64,000 nt of DNA, taken from a virus (Duplodnaviria > Caudoviricetes). Within the stretch, counting starts at the first letter, position 1. Every line of letters starts with the position of its first letter. Positions 1-9,482 of the stretch are shown piece after piece. The position numbers and the translations under genes were made by a program. The stretch is from the IMG/VR virus record IMGVR_UViG_3300033463_010483, positions 3,523 to 67,522 of that record; one strand, written 5' to 3'. The notes under the pieces were generated by a model. The model made no database searches. It saw only the letters and a program-made list of their open reading frames with translations, and had not been told where the DNA came from.

Positions 1-917
1 GGGTCCAGGCGGCGCAGCAAGGGCGCATGGCAGAGATACAACACTCCGTATATGAAGGCCGGATACAGCAGATAGGGTTCAAGCGCCGTGCCCCTCAAAG
101 CAAGATAGGCTGCACATAATCCTATAGCGACGTAGCCGCTGATAAACACTTGGGCTCTGAACACATAAAAGAGCGACCCAAGCAAGAAAAAGGGTATCGG
201 ATAAAACGAATATCCGCCCAGCATCGCAAAATCATTGTAGATATAGTTCATTTCCGGCTTTGGTGGGTTCGTTGTTATTGCAAGGAACGTGACAAAGACC
301 AGCGAAAGTGCGGTCAGGGTGCAGACTTTCGATTTGAACGATCCCATCATGCCGAGAACCATGACCAAAAAGTAGCAATGTGCCTCAACGAGAACAGTCC
401 AGAGGGGATAGTTGATAGCCCCGGCCATTGGGAGACTTTCGAATGCAATGGACATCGCTATGCACATGCCGGAAACCATTGTTAGATCGTGATACACGCA
501 TCTCAAGGTCTCGTCTGACGTGACGAATGTCATATAGTCCACGTCGTCAGCGAGTGGAATTATCACGAAGAACGTGAGGATTGTAGCGACCGCCAAAGCC
601 GGCCAAATTCTCGCAAAACGATTTAACAGATAGTGCCAGGGTGTCCTTGATTGCTCAAAACTTCGAGTGATCAGAATCCCCGAAATCATGAAGAAGGCAT
701 AGACTGCTAAGCTTCCTCCATATTCAAAGACGAAGAATGATCTCACGGGATCGGAAAACGGTGCCGACTTGAAAAGCGCTATATTGTGGCCCCAGATTAC
801 TGAAATTGCAGCTGCAAGGCGCACCAATCCGAAATTGTTAGAACCTCTGCTGAGGATATCGCTTAGTCTGGTCACTATCTGCTCATTTATGTGAAGGTTG
901 AACGGCACGAAATGCAT
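1..917 (-). CDS. Acyltransferase-3 (OafA-like) surface polysaccharide O-acyltransferase, truncated by the window edge
   Basis: Not in the ORF track; translated by hand and open to position 1: ...NNFGLVRLAAAISVIWGH...GSLAVYAFFMISGILIT...RFARIWPAL...GAINYPLWTVLVEAHCY...; multiple hydrophobic helices; AT-richer than its flanks. Confidence 0.9.
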   Translation of the reverse strand, partial: MHFVPFNLHINEQIVTRLSDILSRGSNNFGLVRLAAAISVIWGHNIALFKSAPFSDPVRSFFVFEYGGSLAVYAFFMISGILITRSFEQSRTPWHYLLNRFARIWPALAVATILTFFVIIPLADDVDYMTFVTSDETLRCVYHDLTMVSGMCIAMSIAFESLPMAGAINYPLWTVLVEAHCYFLVMVLGMMGSFKSKVCTLTALSLVFVTFLAITTNPPKPEMNYIYNDFAMLGGYSFYPIPFFLLGSLFYVFRAQVFISGYVAIGLCAAYLALRGTALEPYLLYPAFIYGVLYLCHAPLLRRLD

Positions 918-1164
918 GCCGGAAAACACTTATAGGAAAGCCAAGCGCCATTTCCAGTAAAAACAATGGTTTCACCCAGAATTCTGAATAACTTTTCCAG
1001 CCGTGTTGCCTTTCGGCGGTTAGTGACCGAAAGTAAACCGTCAATATCCAAAGAACATTTTAGTCCGACCCCAATCTTAACACTTAATTTTGCGATAAAA
1101 CGAAACGAGGGAGGCTACATCAATGGCAATGGGGCGGCTCCGCTAACTACAAGTCTATAAACGC

Positions 1165-1204
1165 AAAAAAGGCGCCCTCCATCCCGAAGGACAGAGGGCG
1201 CTTT
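1165..1204 (-). terminator. Rho-independent terminator ending the late operon
   Basis: Minus strand GCGCCCTC..TCC-TTCG-GGA..GAGGGCGC followed by a T6 run; UUCG-capped hairpin. Confidence 0.85.
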
Positions 1205-1247
1205 GTATTATCCCTGTTTCAGGGATTAAGTATTCCGGCAGGGATAA

Positions 1248-1400
1248 TTACTGCATCAATCGGTCAAACTCACTTGGTTTTGGCTTTGTCTGTTCCAGCA
1301 TCCACGCCAGCATTATGGCGATGCGCCTGTCTTTTTGGGAACCGCCGCGGAGATTGGTAATCTCGCGTTCGATTTCCTCCGGCTTAATCTTCATGGCCAT
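1248..1400 (-). CDS. Small phage hypothetical protein
   Basis: MAMKIKPEEIERE...; AGGAG RBS upstream of 1400; overlaps the upstream stop. Confidence 0.55.
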   Translation of the reverse strand: MAMKIKPEEIEREITNLRGGSQKDRRIAIMLAWMLEQTKPKPSEFDRLMQ

Positions 1401-1629
1401 GCTCCTGCATGATGGCGGTATAAGCGCCGGACAACGCATTGTTCCATGCCCTGGCGATATTGGCGACATCGATCGGATGCAATGGATGCTCCATTCCATC
1501 AACGACTATCGAAATTCGAGAGCCGTTTCTGATGGGATAAGCCGTATGAGCTGGCATGCTTACTGGCTCGATTTTACGGCTGATTCTTGATTTGAGTGCG
1601 TCCAATTCAAAGTCACTCCTCGTCACCAT
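1384..1629 (-). CDS. Phage hypothetical protein
   Basis: 81-aa ORF overlapping its neighbours in the operon. Confidence 0.55.
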   Translation of the reverse strand: MVTRSDFELDALKSRISRKIEPVSMPAHTAYPIRNGSRISIVVDGMEHPLHPIDVANIARAWNNALSGAYTAIMQEHGHED

Positions 1630-1831
1630 CTGGCGGGTCGATATCTATTGGATCGTCGTGGAGATTTATCGGGCGAATGAGGGCCGCTGGAGCGCATCGG
1701 ACGAAGCCGCCTGACGTTGACTTAGCAAACGTCAACATGTCGTCCACGGCCTTTACCAGGGCTTTATTTACATCTCCGTCAGCCTTGGCCAGATAATCAT
1801 TGACCACCTGTCGCTTGGATAGGCGCTTCAT
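1613..1831 (-). CDS. Phage hypothetical protein
   Basis: 72 aa; ATGA overlap with the upstream gene. Confidence 0.6.
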   Translation of the reverse strand: MKRLSKRQVVNDYLAKADGDVNKALVKAVDDMLTFAKSTSGGFVRCAPAALIRPINLHDDPIDIDPPDGDEE

Positions 1832-3075
1832 GTTGTGACCATTTCTGGAGAAAGGGTAATACGACCCACCTCACCCCATTGCTTGTGATAGGTGATCACT
1901 TTGGCTGATCGCTTGCTAAGCCAGCCACCGCGGGCGGCATAGGCATCCCTTGCAGCGAGGGTTTCGTGGCGCTCAACCTTCATGAGATTGGTTGAAATAA
2001 CCTCATCGGAATGCAAATGGCCGACATGGGCATAACTATGTTTGGTTGAACCGTAGAGTTCACGGAACTGACCAGCGAAGACATGATCGATATTTTTCAC
2101 GCCGCGTTTATGGCCATGGTGGAAAAACAATGACGTTTCACCATGAGAATACGAATAGTACGTGCTGGCGCTCGTATCGACTGACACGCGAGGCTCATTC
2201 TCATAGAGAACGCATAGAAATTCCCTAAGCCAAGTTTCAGACGCCGGATCGTGGTTAGCATCTGCCATAATGATGTGGACATGTTCATGGCTGCTCAGAA
2301 GCATCGAAATGATGCGCCGGAACACCCTGATCGCCGCCCGTACCATCTTGGGGAAACGACTGTCAGCATCAAGCACATGCCGATTGGCTGGTGTCTCACT
2401 ATCAAGGCTGTCATAGTGAAGAAGATCGCCCAATTGCGCCAGAACGGCTGTATGGGCATTCGGGGCCATGGCAATCGCCGCCGAGAACCAATCAGTGAGA
2501 AGCTTTTCGGCAATCTGCAGATCATAATCTGCGCCGGACTCTTCACCCCATGCCAATGCCCCCATATGCACATCGGTAACTGTGAACTGATTGAGTAGAA
2601 GAGAGTTGCAATGATCCGGACCCTTCATGGGGCCTATGGGAATGACTTCTTCCTTGAGGGCGTCTATGACTGCCCGCATTGCCAAATCGCGCTGTGCGGC
2701 CTCTACGCTGGTTTTATACCACGCCTGAACCTGGTGGCCATTTGCGTCAACAAGGGCTGACATCCCCTTGATGGTGTGGCCTTGTGGAAGATTGAACGGG
2801 GAGAGTTCTCGCTCTGGCCGCTGTCGAATGTGATGTTTGGTGGCGTTTCCATCATCATCAACTGAAGAACTAATGCTTGAAATCTCAAAGCCCTGAAGAA
2901 CCGGGGAGTATCCCATCATTCCGCGCCTGGCTGCTACGACAATTCTAGACTGAAGAGTGGCCCTTGCTATACCAAGTATGCGTGCGGCTTCCGCTTGGTT
3001 GCCATCCGCAGTTTTAAGTGCATCAACTGCCTCTAGGCATTGTTCGTCGGTCAAGGGTGCAACACCCATTTTCAC
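1828..3075 (-). CDS. Calcineurin-like metallophosphoesterase with N-terminal HTH
   Basis: Motifs TDVH, GDLLHYD, ANHD, HHGH, GHLH; N-terminal NQAEAARILGIARATL helix-turn-helix. Confidence 0.75.
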   Translation of the reverse strand: MKMGVAPLTDEQCLEAVDALKTADGNQAEAARILGIARATLQSRIVVAARRGMMGYSPVLQGFEISSISSSVDDDGNATKHHIRQRPERELSPFNLPQGHTIKGMSALVDANGHQVQAWYKTSVEAAQRDLAMRAVIDALKEEVIPIGPMKGPDHCNSLLLNQFTVTDVHMGALAWGEESGADYDLQIAEKLLTDWFSAAIAMAPNAHTAVLAQLGDLLHYDSLDSETPANRHVLDADSRFPKMVRAAIRVFRRIISMLLSSHEHVHIIMADANHDPASETWLREFLCVLYENEPRVSVDTSASTYYSYSHGETSLFFHHGHKRGVKNIDHVFAGQFRELYGSTKHSYAHVGHLHSDEVISTNLMKVERHETLAARDAYAARGGWLSKRSAKVITYHKQWGEVGRITLSPEMVTT

Positions 3076-3099
3076 CGCCTATATGTTATTTCGGGGGAT

Positions 3100-3756
3100 T
3101 TACGAGCGAGCCAACAACTTGCAGATCGTCGCACCGGGGACTGCGAAGCCAATACCTGTTAGGGATGGGGACTGACCGAACGGAAATGTTGCAACGCCCA
3201 CGGCGATCCCGACGACATTCCCATGTTTATCGAACAATGGGCCACCGCTGATACCTGGGACGATTGTCATGTCGAGAGAGATAATCTCTTTCCACATCCC
3301 GCTTTTGAACATGCCGCTGTTCACGTGCCCCCAATAACTGGTGAATTCAGTATTGAGCGGAGAACCGGTTGCGATAACCTCTTCACCCACATTAGGTATA
3401 CGGCAAGACAGCGGTGAATTGCCAAGGATTTCAGGCTTGGAAGCCATGATCACCGAGACGTCATAGTCCCTGTTGTACCAGAGGACTTCCGCGGGCTGTT
3501 CAACGCCAAGGCTGTTCTTGAGAGATACAACGCCATCAACTGCGACATGACCGGCAGTGAGGACGTAGCCACCACCGATGGAAACGCCGGACCCATGACC
3601 ATTGGCGAGAATGACTTTAACGACAGACGATGGACGTGGCTTTGGGGGGGGCATGGTGGGGAAATTCGCTGCAACACCAATAGATACCGCGGCAATGGCA
3701 GCAAAAATGCACATGAAGACGCGCTGAAACGCGTTCAGTCGGGGAGCAAATGACAT
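3100..3756 (-). CDS. Exported trypsin-like (S1) serine protease
   Basis: Catalytic triad motifs LTAGHV, DYDVSVI, GISGGP; N-terminal hydrophobic signal/anchor. Confidence 0.88.
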   Translation of the reverse strand: MSFAPRLNAFQRVFMCIFAAIAAVSIGVAANFPTMPPPKPRPSSVVKVILANGHGSGVSIGGGYVLTAGHVAVDGVVSLKNSLGVEQPAEVLWYNRDYDVSVIMASKPEILGNSPLSCRIPNVGEEVIATGSPLNTEFTSYWGHVNSGMFKSGMWKEIISLDMTIVPGISGGPLFDKHGNVVGIAVGVATFPFGQSPSLTGIGFAVPGATICKLLARS

Positions 3757-3810
3757 GGGAGGATGCCTTTGAAAGCTACCATGTAGCCGCTGGCAGCGAG
3801 CGGAATTGTT

Positions 3811-4104
3811 CTAGCGCGATGGCCGAGTTGGCTTGGCGGGCACAAATGCCTGATCGATCCGCTCATTGGTTCGATCAATCTTGGCCCCGAGGCCCTCTAT
3901 CGCCTTCATCATGCGGTCGGTCTGTTCAGTCATCCCAGCCTTTGTGATGTACATTTCAGCGATATGAATCTTGAACTCATAGAGCTTTTTGTCGGCCGAT
4001 GCCTGATTGGTACTAATCTGGCTTTGAAGGCGCCACCAAAGGCCACCAAGCGCGCCAATCACCAAGACCAGCGTTGCGATTTGATCCCACGTGATTGGGC
4101 CCAT
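3811..4104 (-). CDS. Single-TM lysis-cassette membrane protein
   Basis: MGPITWDQIATLVLVIGALGGLWW then coiled coil; TAATG overlap with the o-spanin stop. Confidence 0.7.
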   Translation of the reverse strand: MGPITWDQIATLVLVIGALGGLWWRLQSQISTNQASADKKLYEFKIHIAEMYITKAGMTEQTDRMMKAIEGLGAKIDRTNERIDQAFVPAKPTRPSR

Positions 4105-4295
4105 TATGGCTTTACCCCGCAAAGCTGGGTTAGCTTACGATTATGGGAGAGAATTGCCGAAACTTCCGCATCCGTCAGATGGGCGATGGTCTCTTTGCTC
4201 GGGCGAATAGGTTTTGCGATAGAACAGAATGAACCGCCCGTGGTCTGGCAGGATGCCAGTGTCAGCATCAAGAGCACCCCGATAGCAATCTTCAT
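4104..4295 (-). CDS. o-spanin (Rz1-like lipoprotein)
   Basis: MKIAIGVLLMLTLAS-C lipobox; ATGA overlap with the i-spanin. Confidence 0.8.
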   Translation of the reverse strand: MKIAIGVLLMLTLASCQTTGGSFCSIAKPIRPSKETIAHLTDAEVSAILSHNRKLTQLCGVKP

Positions 4296-4534
4296 GATTT
4301 CGACCACTTCGAAAGCTCAGCGCGATTGGCTTCCGGTGTGTTTCCAGCCACGGCCTCATCGATCTTCTGCGCCTCAGTCATCGCGGCAGCATCGCGTGAT
4401 GTTTGCTTGTCACGTTCTGATTTGACGCCACTGGAGCGCCCTTTGAACCAAGCAGCGCCGACGGCAGCCAGAACCGCAAGAAGGCCAGCAATAAGCGTGT
4501 TTGAGCCGGTAAACAGCGAAAGGAGCGCAGTCAT
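4292..4534 (-). CDS. i-spanin (Rz-like)
   Basis: N-terminal TM then helical periplasmic segment; between holin and lipoprotein. Confidence 0.75.
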   Translation of the reverse strand: MTALLSLFTGSNTLIAGLLAVLAAVGAAWFKGRSSGVKSERDKQTSRDAAAMTEAQKIDEAVAGNTPEANRAELSKWSKS

Positions 4535-4746
4535 TTGGGGTTCTCCGGAGTTAGCGACAACAAAGCCCGAGTGGCACGGTTAATGCGCCACCGGTCAAAG
4601 AACCACCATCCCAAGGTGAAGGCATTCACACCCAAACCGATAAATGCATCAGATGCACTCGAATTGAGCAAACCGTGCCCCATCAATACGCCAGCAAGCA
4701 TGGTGAGAATTTGCCGAAAGATCGGAATAAACAGGTCAATCGTCAT
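4531..4746 (-). CDS. Putative holin
   Basis: 71 aa, two TM segments, basic C-terminus; directly after the endolysin. Confidence 0.7.
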   Translation of the reverse strand: MTIDLFIPIFRQILTMLAGVLMGHGLLNSSASDAFIGLGVNAFTLGWWFFDRWRINRATRALLSLTPENPK

Positions 4747-5425
4747 GATTGGGTCCTCTTAATAGTGATGAGATGAGGGAAAGAAAAGACGACACAACCG
4801 AACTGGATGCTGGAACCGCGGGAGCAGATGACTGAACCGGAGCGGCAGCTGGTGCTGTTGCTACAGGTGATGTCACCGGAGGCTGAATCGGTGCTGGTGC
4901 GGCTGGAGTGACTATAGGTGGCGCAACAGGCGGCGTCTCACCATATCCATCGGTCTTGAGCAGAGCGTCATATTGAGTGGCGTATCCAGCAATCAGGCCA
5001 AATGTCTTATAGTCCTTGGGATTGACGATTTTGCGCGCATTGGAAAAGTCCGAGGCGGCAAGCGTCATGTAGTCCGATAGCTTTTTGCCCGTGAACCATC
5101 CTTCACTCATGCCAAGCACGATGATTTCGGCAGAATATGCTGGGATCAGAAGCTTCTTGGGATCAGATACAAAATCGATGCCAAGTTCCTTAGTGGCGCG
5201 CTGGTAGTTGTACAACCATGTAAGCTGAACGAAACCCATCCCAACATACGGATAATAGGATTTGCTCTTGAGGTATGTTTCGCCACCATATTCGCGCACC
5301 GGCACCATTGTATGCGCAGTCTCGTGGTAAGCGGTTGCAAGCACATATGCTGCCTGATTGCGAAAAAGCCCATGCTTCAGGCATGAATCTACGATCAACC
5401 GCGTGTTACCGAGGGTGAGGTTCAT
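4736..5425 (-). CDS. Endolysin, GH19-like lysozyme fold
   Basis: AYVLATAYHET...GMGFVQLTWLYNY; start reassigned to 5425 (AGGA RBS); Pro/Ala-rich tail. Confidence 0.85.
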   Translation of the reverse strand: MNLTLGNTRLIVDSCLKHGLFRNQAAYVLATAYHETAHTMVPVREYGGETYLKSKSYYPYVGMGFVQLTWLYNYQRATKELGIDFVSDPKKLLIPAYSAEIIVLGMSEGWFTGKKLSDYMTLAASDFSNARKIVNPKDYKTFGLIAGYATQYDALLKTDGYGETPPVAPPIVTPAAPAPIQPPVTSPVATAPAAAPVQSSAPAVPASSSVVSSFLSLISSLLRGPNHDD

Positions 5426-5609
5426 TGTGATTTCCTGTTTTGCGGGTAAACAACGATGTAGAGCAGCAACATCCAAATGATGATTGCTGTCAGCCGTTTC
5501 ATGGGATTGGGCAGCCGCTTGGTTTACTGGAGGTGAGCGTGGTCTGGGTGGCGCAATTTCATTTTGTCGAAGACCACGAGCACCAATTAGCGGAGCAGAT
5601 TACGAGTCT

Positions 5610-6941
5610 TCAAAGTGCAATGTTGTTTGCGATAGCAGCGGTTCCAGAGGCCCCATTAGAGACCCTACCCTGCATGTGATTGCCGGTTATGATCGGGGAA
5701 ACGCTCGCCGAATCCACACTCACGCTGAAATAAGTGCCCCAACAAAAATTGCTACTTATGACTGGTGCATAGCAGCCTGCAAGTTGGACATTCCAGCCAT
5801 GACTTCCATCCGAGCCCTGCATATGGTTGCCGATAATCTTGAGAGAGTCACTTGATGACGCAAAAATATGAGCAAACTGAGTATTAGCTGGAGACGTGGC
5901 ATCCTGATAGAGTAGGCAATTTGTAATAAATGTCTGCGGGAATCGCCAGATATCGATGCCGCGTATGGTATTCCCGGAGTGACAGTTTGAAATGAACCCA
6001 GACACCCCACCGGCGGCTCCTGCAACAGGTGGATTGGAATTCCACAAGCGTATGAACACATTGCACGACAGGCCGGTACAGTGGTCGATATTGAACCCTT
6101 CAAGTTCGCCAACCTTAAAGACCGCTACGTTGTGGAATTGGAGAATGCAATTCACAAGCCTGAGATCTACCGTCCAACCCGTCAGATAGATTCCAACGCT
6201 ATCTTTGGTTGAATACCTTCCGCGGACATGAACATTATCAATAGTCAGACCGGCCACGTTGTTACAACTGATGCCGATGCCCCAACGTGCAGCGCCCTGA
6301 GAAACGTTGGTACTTTGATAGGCTGCAATGCTGGAACTTCCATCAAAAATCATGTCTCTGATGGTGCAGTTCTTCCACGATGAACCGAGATTCACTGGGA
6401 ATGATACGTTGAGGCCAGTGGTCGTCCCATTTGAAAGCGAAATGACAGAAAAGCCTTCAATCGTAAGCGTCTGGGATAAATCGCTCCCAGAATATACGAT
6501 CCCATCTGTTGTTCCGGTGAAAAACAGCATTGTGATTTTCACGCCCGCGCCGCGGATCGTGACTGGTTTGTTCGATAGCTGCCAGCTTTGGCTCAATGAA
6601 TAGCAACCGGCCGGGATATAAATTTCACCGCCGGTAACAGGTAATAGGGTGTTTATGGCATTGAATGCGGCCTGATCATCGCTCGACGCGTCCCCCTTGG
6701 CACCAAACCAGAGCACATTGTATTCAAGATTTGTGCGTGATCTCACCCAGGCACCGGTTGTGGTAGGGATCGAACTAGAGCAGACGTACATTGCGTTCTG
6801 GACGTCAGAAGATACGAGTGACGACAAATCTCCCGACGTCCACCTAAAGACACCAGATCGCAACTCATCTCCCAAATAAATAACAGGATTGATTGCGGGG
6901 TCCACCGCCATGAGTGCGGCGCAATCACATACTGATATCAT
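5610..6941 (-). CDS. Tailspike/depolymerase with pectate-lyase-like beta-helix
   Basis: YNVLWFGAKGD...DDQAAFN, GGEIYIPAGCY, followed by Asn/Gly-rich beta-helix rungs. Confidence 0.82.
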   Translation of the reverse strand: MISVCDCAALMAVDPAINPVIYLGDELRSGVFRWTSGDLSSLVSSDVQNAMYVCSSSIPTTTGAWVRSRTNLEYNVLWFGAKGDASSDDQAAFNAINTLLPVTGGEIYIPAGCYSLSQSWQLSNKPVTIRGAGVKITMLFFTGTTDGIVYSGSDLSQTLTIEGFSVISLSNGTTTGLNVSFPVNLGSSWKNCTIRDMIFDGSSSIAAYQSTNVSQGAARWGIGISCNNVAGLTIDNVHVRGRYSTKDSVGIYLTGWTVDLRLVNCILQFHNVAVFKVGELEGFNIDHCTGLSCNVFIRLWNSNPPVAGAAGGVSGFISNCHSGNTIRGIDIWRFPQTFITNCLLYQDATSPANTQFAHIFASSSDSLKIIGNHMQGSDGSHGWNVQLAGCYAPVISSNFCWGTYFSVSVDSASVSPIITGNHMQGRVSNGASGTAAIANNIAL

Positions 6942-6974
6942 TGGGTTCTCAATTCATTGCTGCTACAAGCTAGC

Positions 6975-7535
6975 TTATTGTGGAGTTGGCCAGGTGAGAT
7001 TTACCACTGCGGCCTGTGCTGCGGCGGCGTCTTTGGCATCAGTGATGGCCTTCTTCGCCGACAGTCGAGTTGTCTCGATTGCGGAACCGATCTGTTGCCA
7101 TTGGAGATAAGCAGCCTTAACCACGGCCGCCACGCCGGCGATGTCCTTGGCTGTAATGCCAACCTCTGCCGACAAGAGTGGATAGTCGCTCGCAATCGGA
7201 TTGGATGCAGATAAATAGGCGAGTGCCTCGGCGGACTTTTGGCTGTAGGTCATCGACTGGCCTGCGCCGGTCGTAATGTACTTCAAACGCTCGATCTCTG
7301 CATCAGCATCGATTTGTGATTTCAAACCTGCTTTCAGGGCATCAAGTGTCAGAACAGCTCCACGATGCTCAAATGCTTTCGTCACAAGATCGACATGGGT
7401 CGCATACATAACCTGTGAGGCCTGACGCCACGTTTCATCATCCACTTCAATGTATGATCCGGTGATTTCGTCCAGTCGATCTTCTGTATACCAGCCAAGA
7501 ATTTTGCCAGCGTCATCATGCGCACAAAGATACAT
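6975..7535 (-). CDS. Tail fibre assembly-like protein (DUF4376-like)
   Basis: Follows the fibre gene; start reassigned to 7535 (AAGGA RBS). Confidence 0.7.
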   Translation of the reverse strand: MYLCAHDDAGKILGWYTEDRLDEITGSYIEVDDETWRQASQVMYATHVDLVTKAFEHRGAVLTLDALKAGLKSQIDADAEIERLKYITTGAGQSMTYSQKSAEALAYLSASNPIASDYPLLSAEVGITAKDIAGVAAVVKAAYLQWQQIGSAIETTRLSAKKAITDAKDAAAAQAAVVNLTWPTPQ

Positions 7536-7546
7536 CGTGTTTTTCC

Positions 7547-8761
7547 TTAAACCTGACCGAGCCCAAGCCAAAAGAACGGCTGTGTAGCCTCACCGACTGT
7601 GCCACCATTATTGACGTAGCGCTTCTCCACGGTGAACCCTGTCGCTGACGATGCAGATACCGGATACGCGAGCGACTGAGTTGTTGCGAGCGCTCCTGAA
7701 TTATTCGGCAACACAAGAATGCTCGGGAGGGTGCCTGTTTTGAATGCGATTGGAAATGTCACATTGGTCGTGCCGGTACCGGCCGCATTGTAGAATCCAT
7801 ACTCCACTTGATGTCGATAGAGGCCATCCGTCACCGTAAAATGACCGGAGCCCGTAGCCCCCGCCAACAACATCACGCTGGTAAGAATGGACCCAAGCCC
7901 ATTTGGCACTCTCAATCCGCCATATGTCAGGTCATAGGCAACGCGGTCGTTGAAAGAACTGTCCTGGATGGAAAACGGATTTGCTGACTGACTTGCGGCC
8001 ATAATCAGTTTTAGAATTGTCGTAGAGGCATCTGCCGCCACCATCGTATCGCCGTTGCGACGCACGAAATTCTGTAATCGAAACGCTGACCCATCATAAG
8101 TTAGGTCAACGATCTGACCTGCCATGAGATAGTTCTTGGGAATGGCAGTTCCATCACCTGCTTGAATTGCAACTGGAGTTAACCCGTTAACGGTGAGTGT
8201 TGCAGCCCCAGTGTTGGTGGTCGAGATTTTCAACCGGATAGACATGCCAGCCACAAGTGCTGTTGGTATCGGGGAGAGCGTTGCAGTCAGCGCATTCGCT
8301 GTGCCGCCCGCAACGGCAAAGTTATACTGGTTGTTTTGAATGGCAGTGGAAGTCGCAATATTGATCCAATTGGCACCGCCGGTATTAGGATTTGATGTAT
8401 TGTCGTCAACGATGCTGAGCCATACCGTTCCTGCAGTTGCACCCGCGAGAACCGCCCCTTGGGGATACCCGCCAATGGAGGTGGAAAACGCGGAATCGTA
8501 TGGAAGCGGACCACCCGCATTTTGCCACTGAAGCCATTGAGTAATCTGGTTCAAGACACCATTCATATCCTGCCCAAACGGCGGTACGCCACCCGAACCA
8601 ACCGGCAGGAAATTCAACGGAGGAAATCCATCGGTGAGTGATGCGGCACCATTCGTAATACCGATCTGAGAATTCACCGGTATTGAGCGCTTGTATCCCG
8701 CTCCGGCAGAGTTCGCGAAAGGAATCGGGAACTTGCTTGCCGGCAGGTTGGCAATTTTCAT
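7547..8761 (-). CDS. Tail fibre protein
   Basis: N-terminal baseplate anchor (KFPIPFA..DGFPP..GQDMNG..IGGYP) and gp53-like C-terminus (VTFPIAF); start 8761 with AGGAG RBS. Confidence 0.85.
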   Translation of the reverse strand: MKIANLPASKFPIPFANSAGAGYKRSIPVNSQIGITNGAASLTDGFPPLNFLPVGSGGVPPFGQDMNGVLNQITQWLQWQNAGGPLPYDSAFSTSIGGYPQGAVLAGATAGTVWLSIVDDNTSNPNTGGANWINIATSTAIQNNQYNFAVAGGTANALTATLSPIPTALVAGMSIRLKISTTNTGAATLTVNGLTPVAIQAGDGTAIPKNYLMAGQIVDLTYDGSAFRLQNFVRRNGDTMVAADASTTILKLIMAASQSANPFSIQDSSFNDRVAYDLTYGGLRVPNGLGSILTSVMLLAGATGSGHFTVTDGLYRHQVEYGFYNAAGTGTTNVTFPIAFKTGTLPSILVLPNNSGALATTQSLAYPVSASSATGFTVEKRYVNNGGTVGEATQPFFWLGLGQV

Positions 8762-8771
8762 AACTATGCTC

Positions 8772-9479
8772 CTAGGGGACGATAACCGACGACGAGACGC
8801 CGGTTGATTTGGGCAACACGCCGGATTGCTGGACAATCGCTAGCTCCACGGGCGTGAGTGGGAATTCAAAGACGTATGCCATCGTCATCGGGTGGATGGC
8901 TGAACCGGAATAAAAGGCCGCTTGGTTGAATCCTGTTGCATTCAACGATTCTGTAAATCCAAACCAAACGCCGTTCAGATTGCCCTCAGTCACATAGCAA
9001 TTGCCGCGACCCGGAAAGAGATTTCTAAGGATCTGATTGATGGCCTGAATAGAACCGTTCGTTATGTTTGCCGCGGCTTTTGCGAAAATCAGAAGTCGGT
9101 ATGCATCATCTGAAAGCGCAAAATTGCTTGTCAGAGGGTCTCCGGAATAGAAGGCGCCTTGCCCAAAAGTGAATGATCCAGGCAATGCTTCGTCATAGCC
9201 GAACCAATTTGTAAGCGTGATTTTGACAACACGATTGACGCCAACAATGCGACCCCACACATCAAGTCCATAGCCCTGTGCGGTATCAACATTCCAAATG
9301 AAATTATAGAAAGCATCAAGGTTTGCAGTCTGGTCGAGATAAGCATCGATATTCAGAATGAGTTGCGTAAGGATTTTTGAGTTTGCGTACTGGCTGATCA
9401 CGGTTTGCCAAACATCGAAGGGCACGCCGAAGCCTGCCGTGGCAGTTCCCGGCGGGTAGTCTCGACCACTATCTGTCAT
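8772..9479 (-). CDS. Baseplate protein (DUF2612-like)
   Basis: SQYANS...AQGYGLDVWGRIVGV...LSDDAYR; position after baseplate J. Confidence 0.85.
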   Translation of the reverse strand: MTDSGRDYPPGTATAGFGVPFDVWQTVISQYANSKILTQLILNIDAYLDQTANLDAFYNFIWNVDTAQGYGLDVWGRIVGVNRVVKITLTNWFGYDEALPGSFTFGQGAFYSGDPLTSNFALSDDAYRLLIFAKAAANITNGSIQAINQILRNLFPGRGNCYVTEGNLNGVWFGFTESLNATGFNQAAFYSGSAIHPMTMAYVFEFPLTPVELAIVQQSGVLPKSTGVSSSVIVP

Positions 9480-9482
9480 GGA

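Noticed and set aside
150-485. 111-aa plus-strand ORF
   Set aside because: Antisense to the acyltransferase, which has clear family motifs.
1060-1080. CGACCCC resembling part of the missing tRNA-Pro 3' half
   Set aside because: Only a 7-bp match; there is no T-arm, acceptor stem or CTGGGGG core nearby, so it is not attL.
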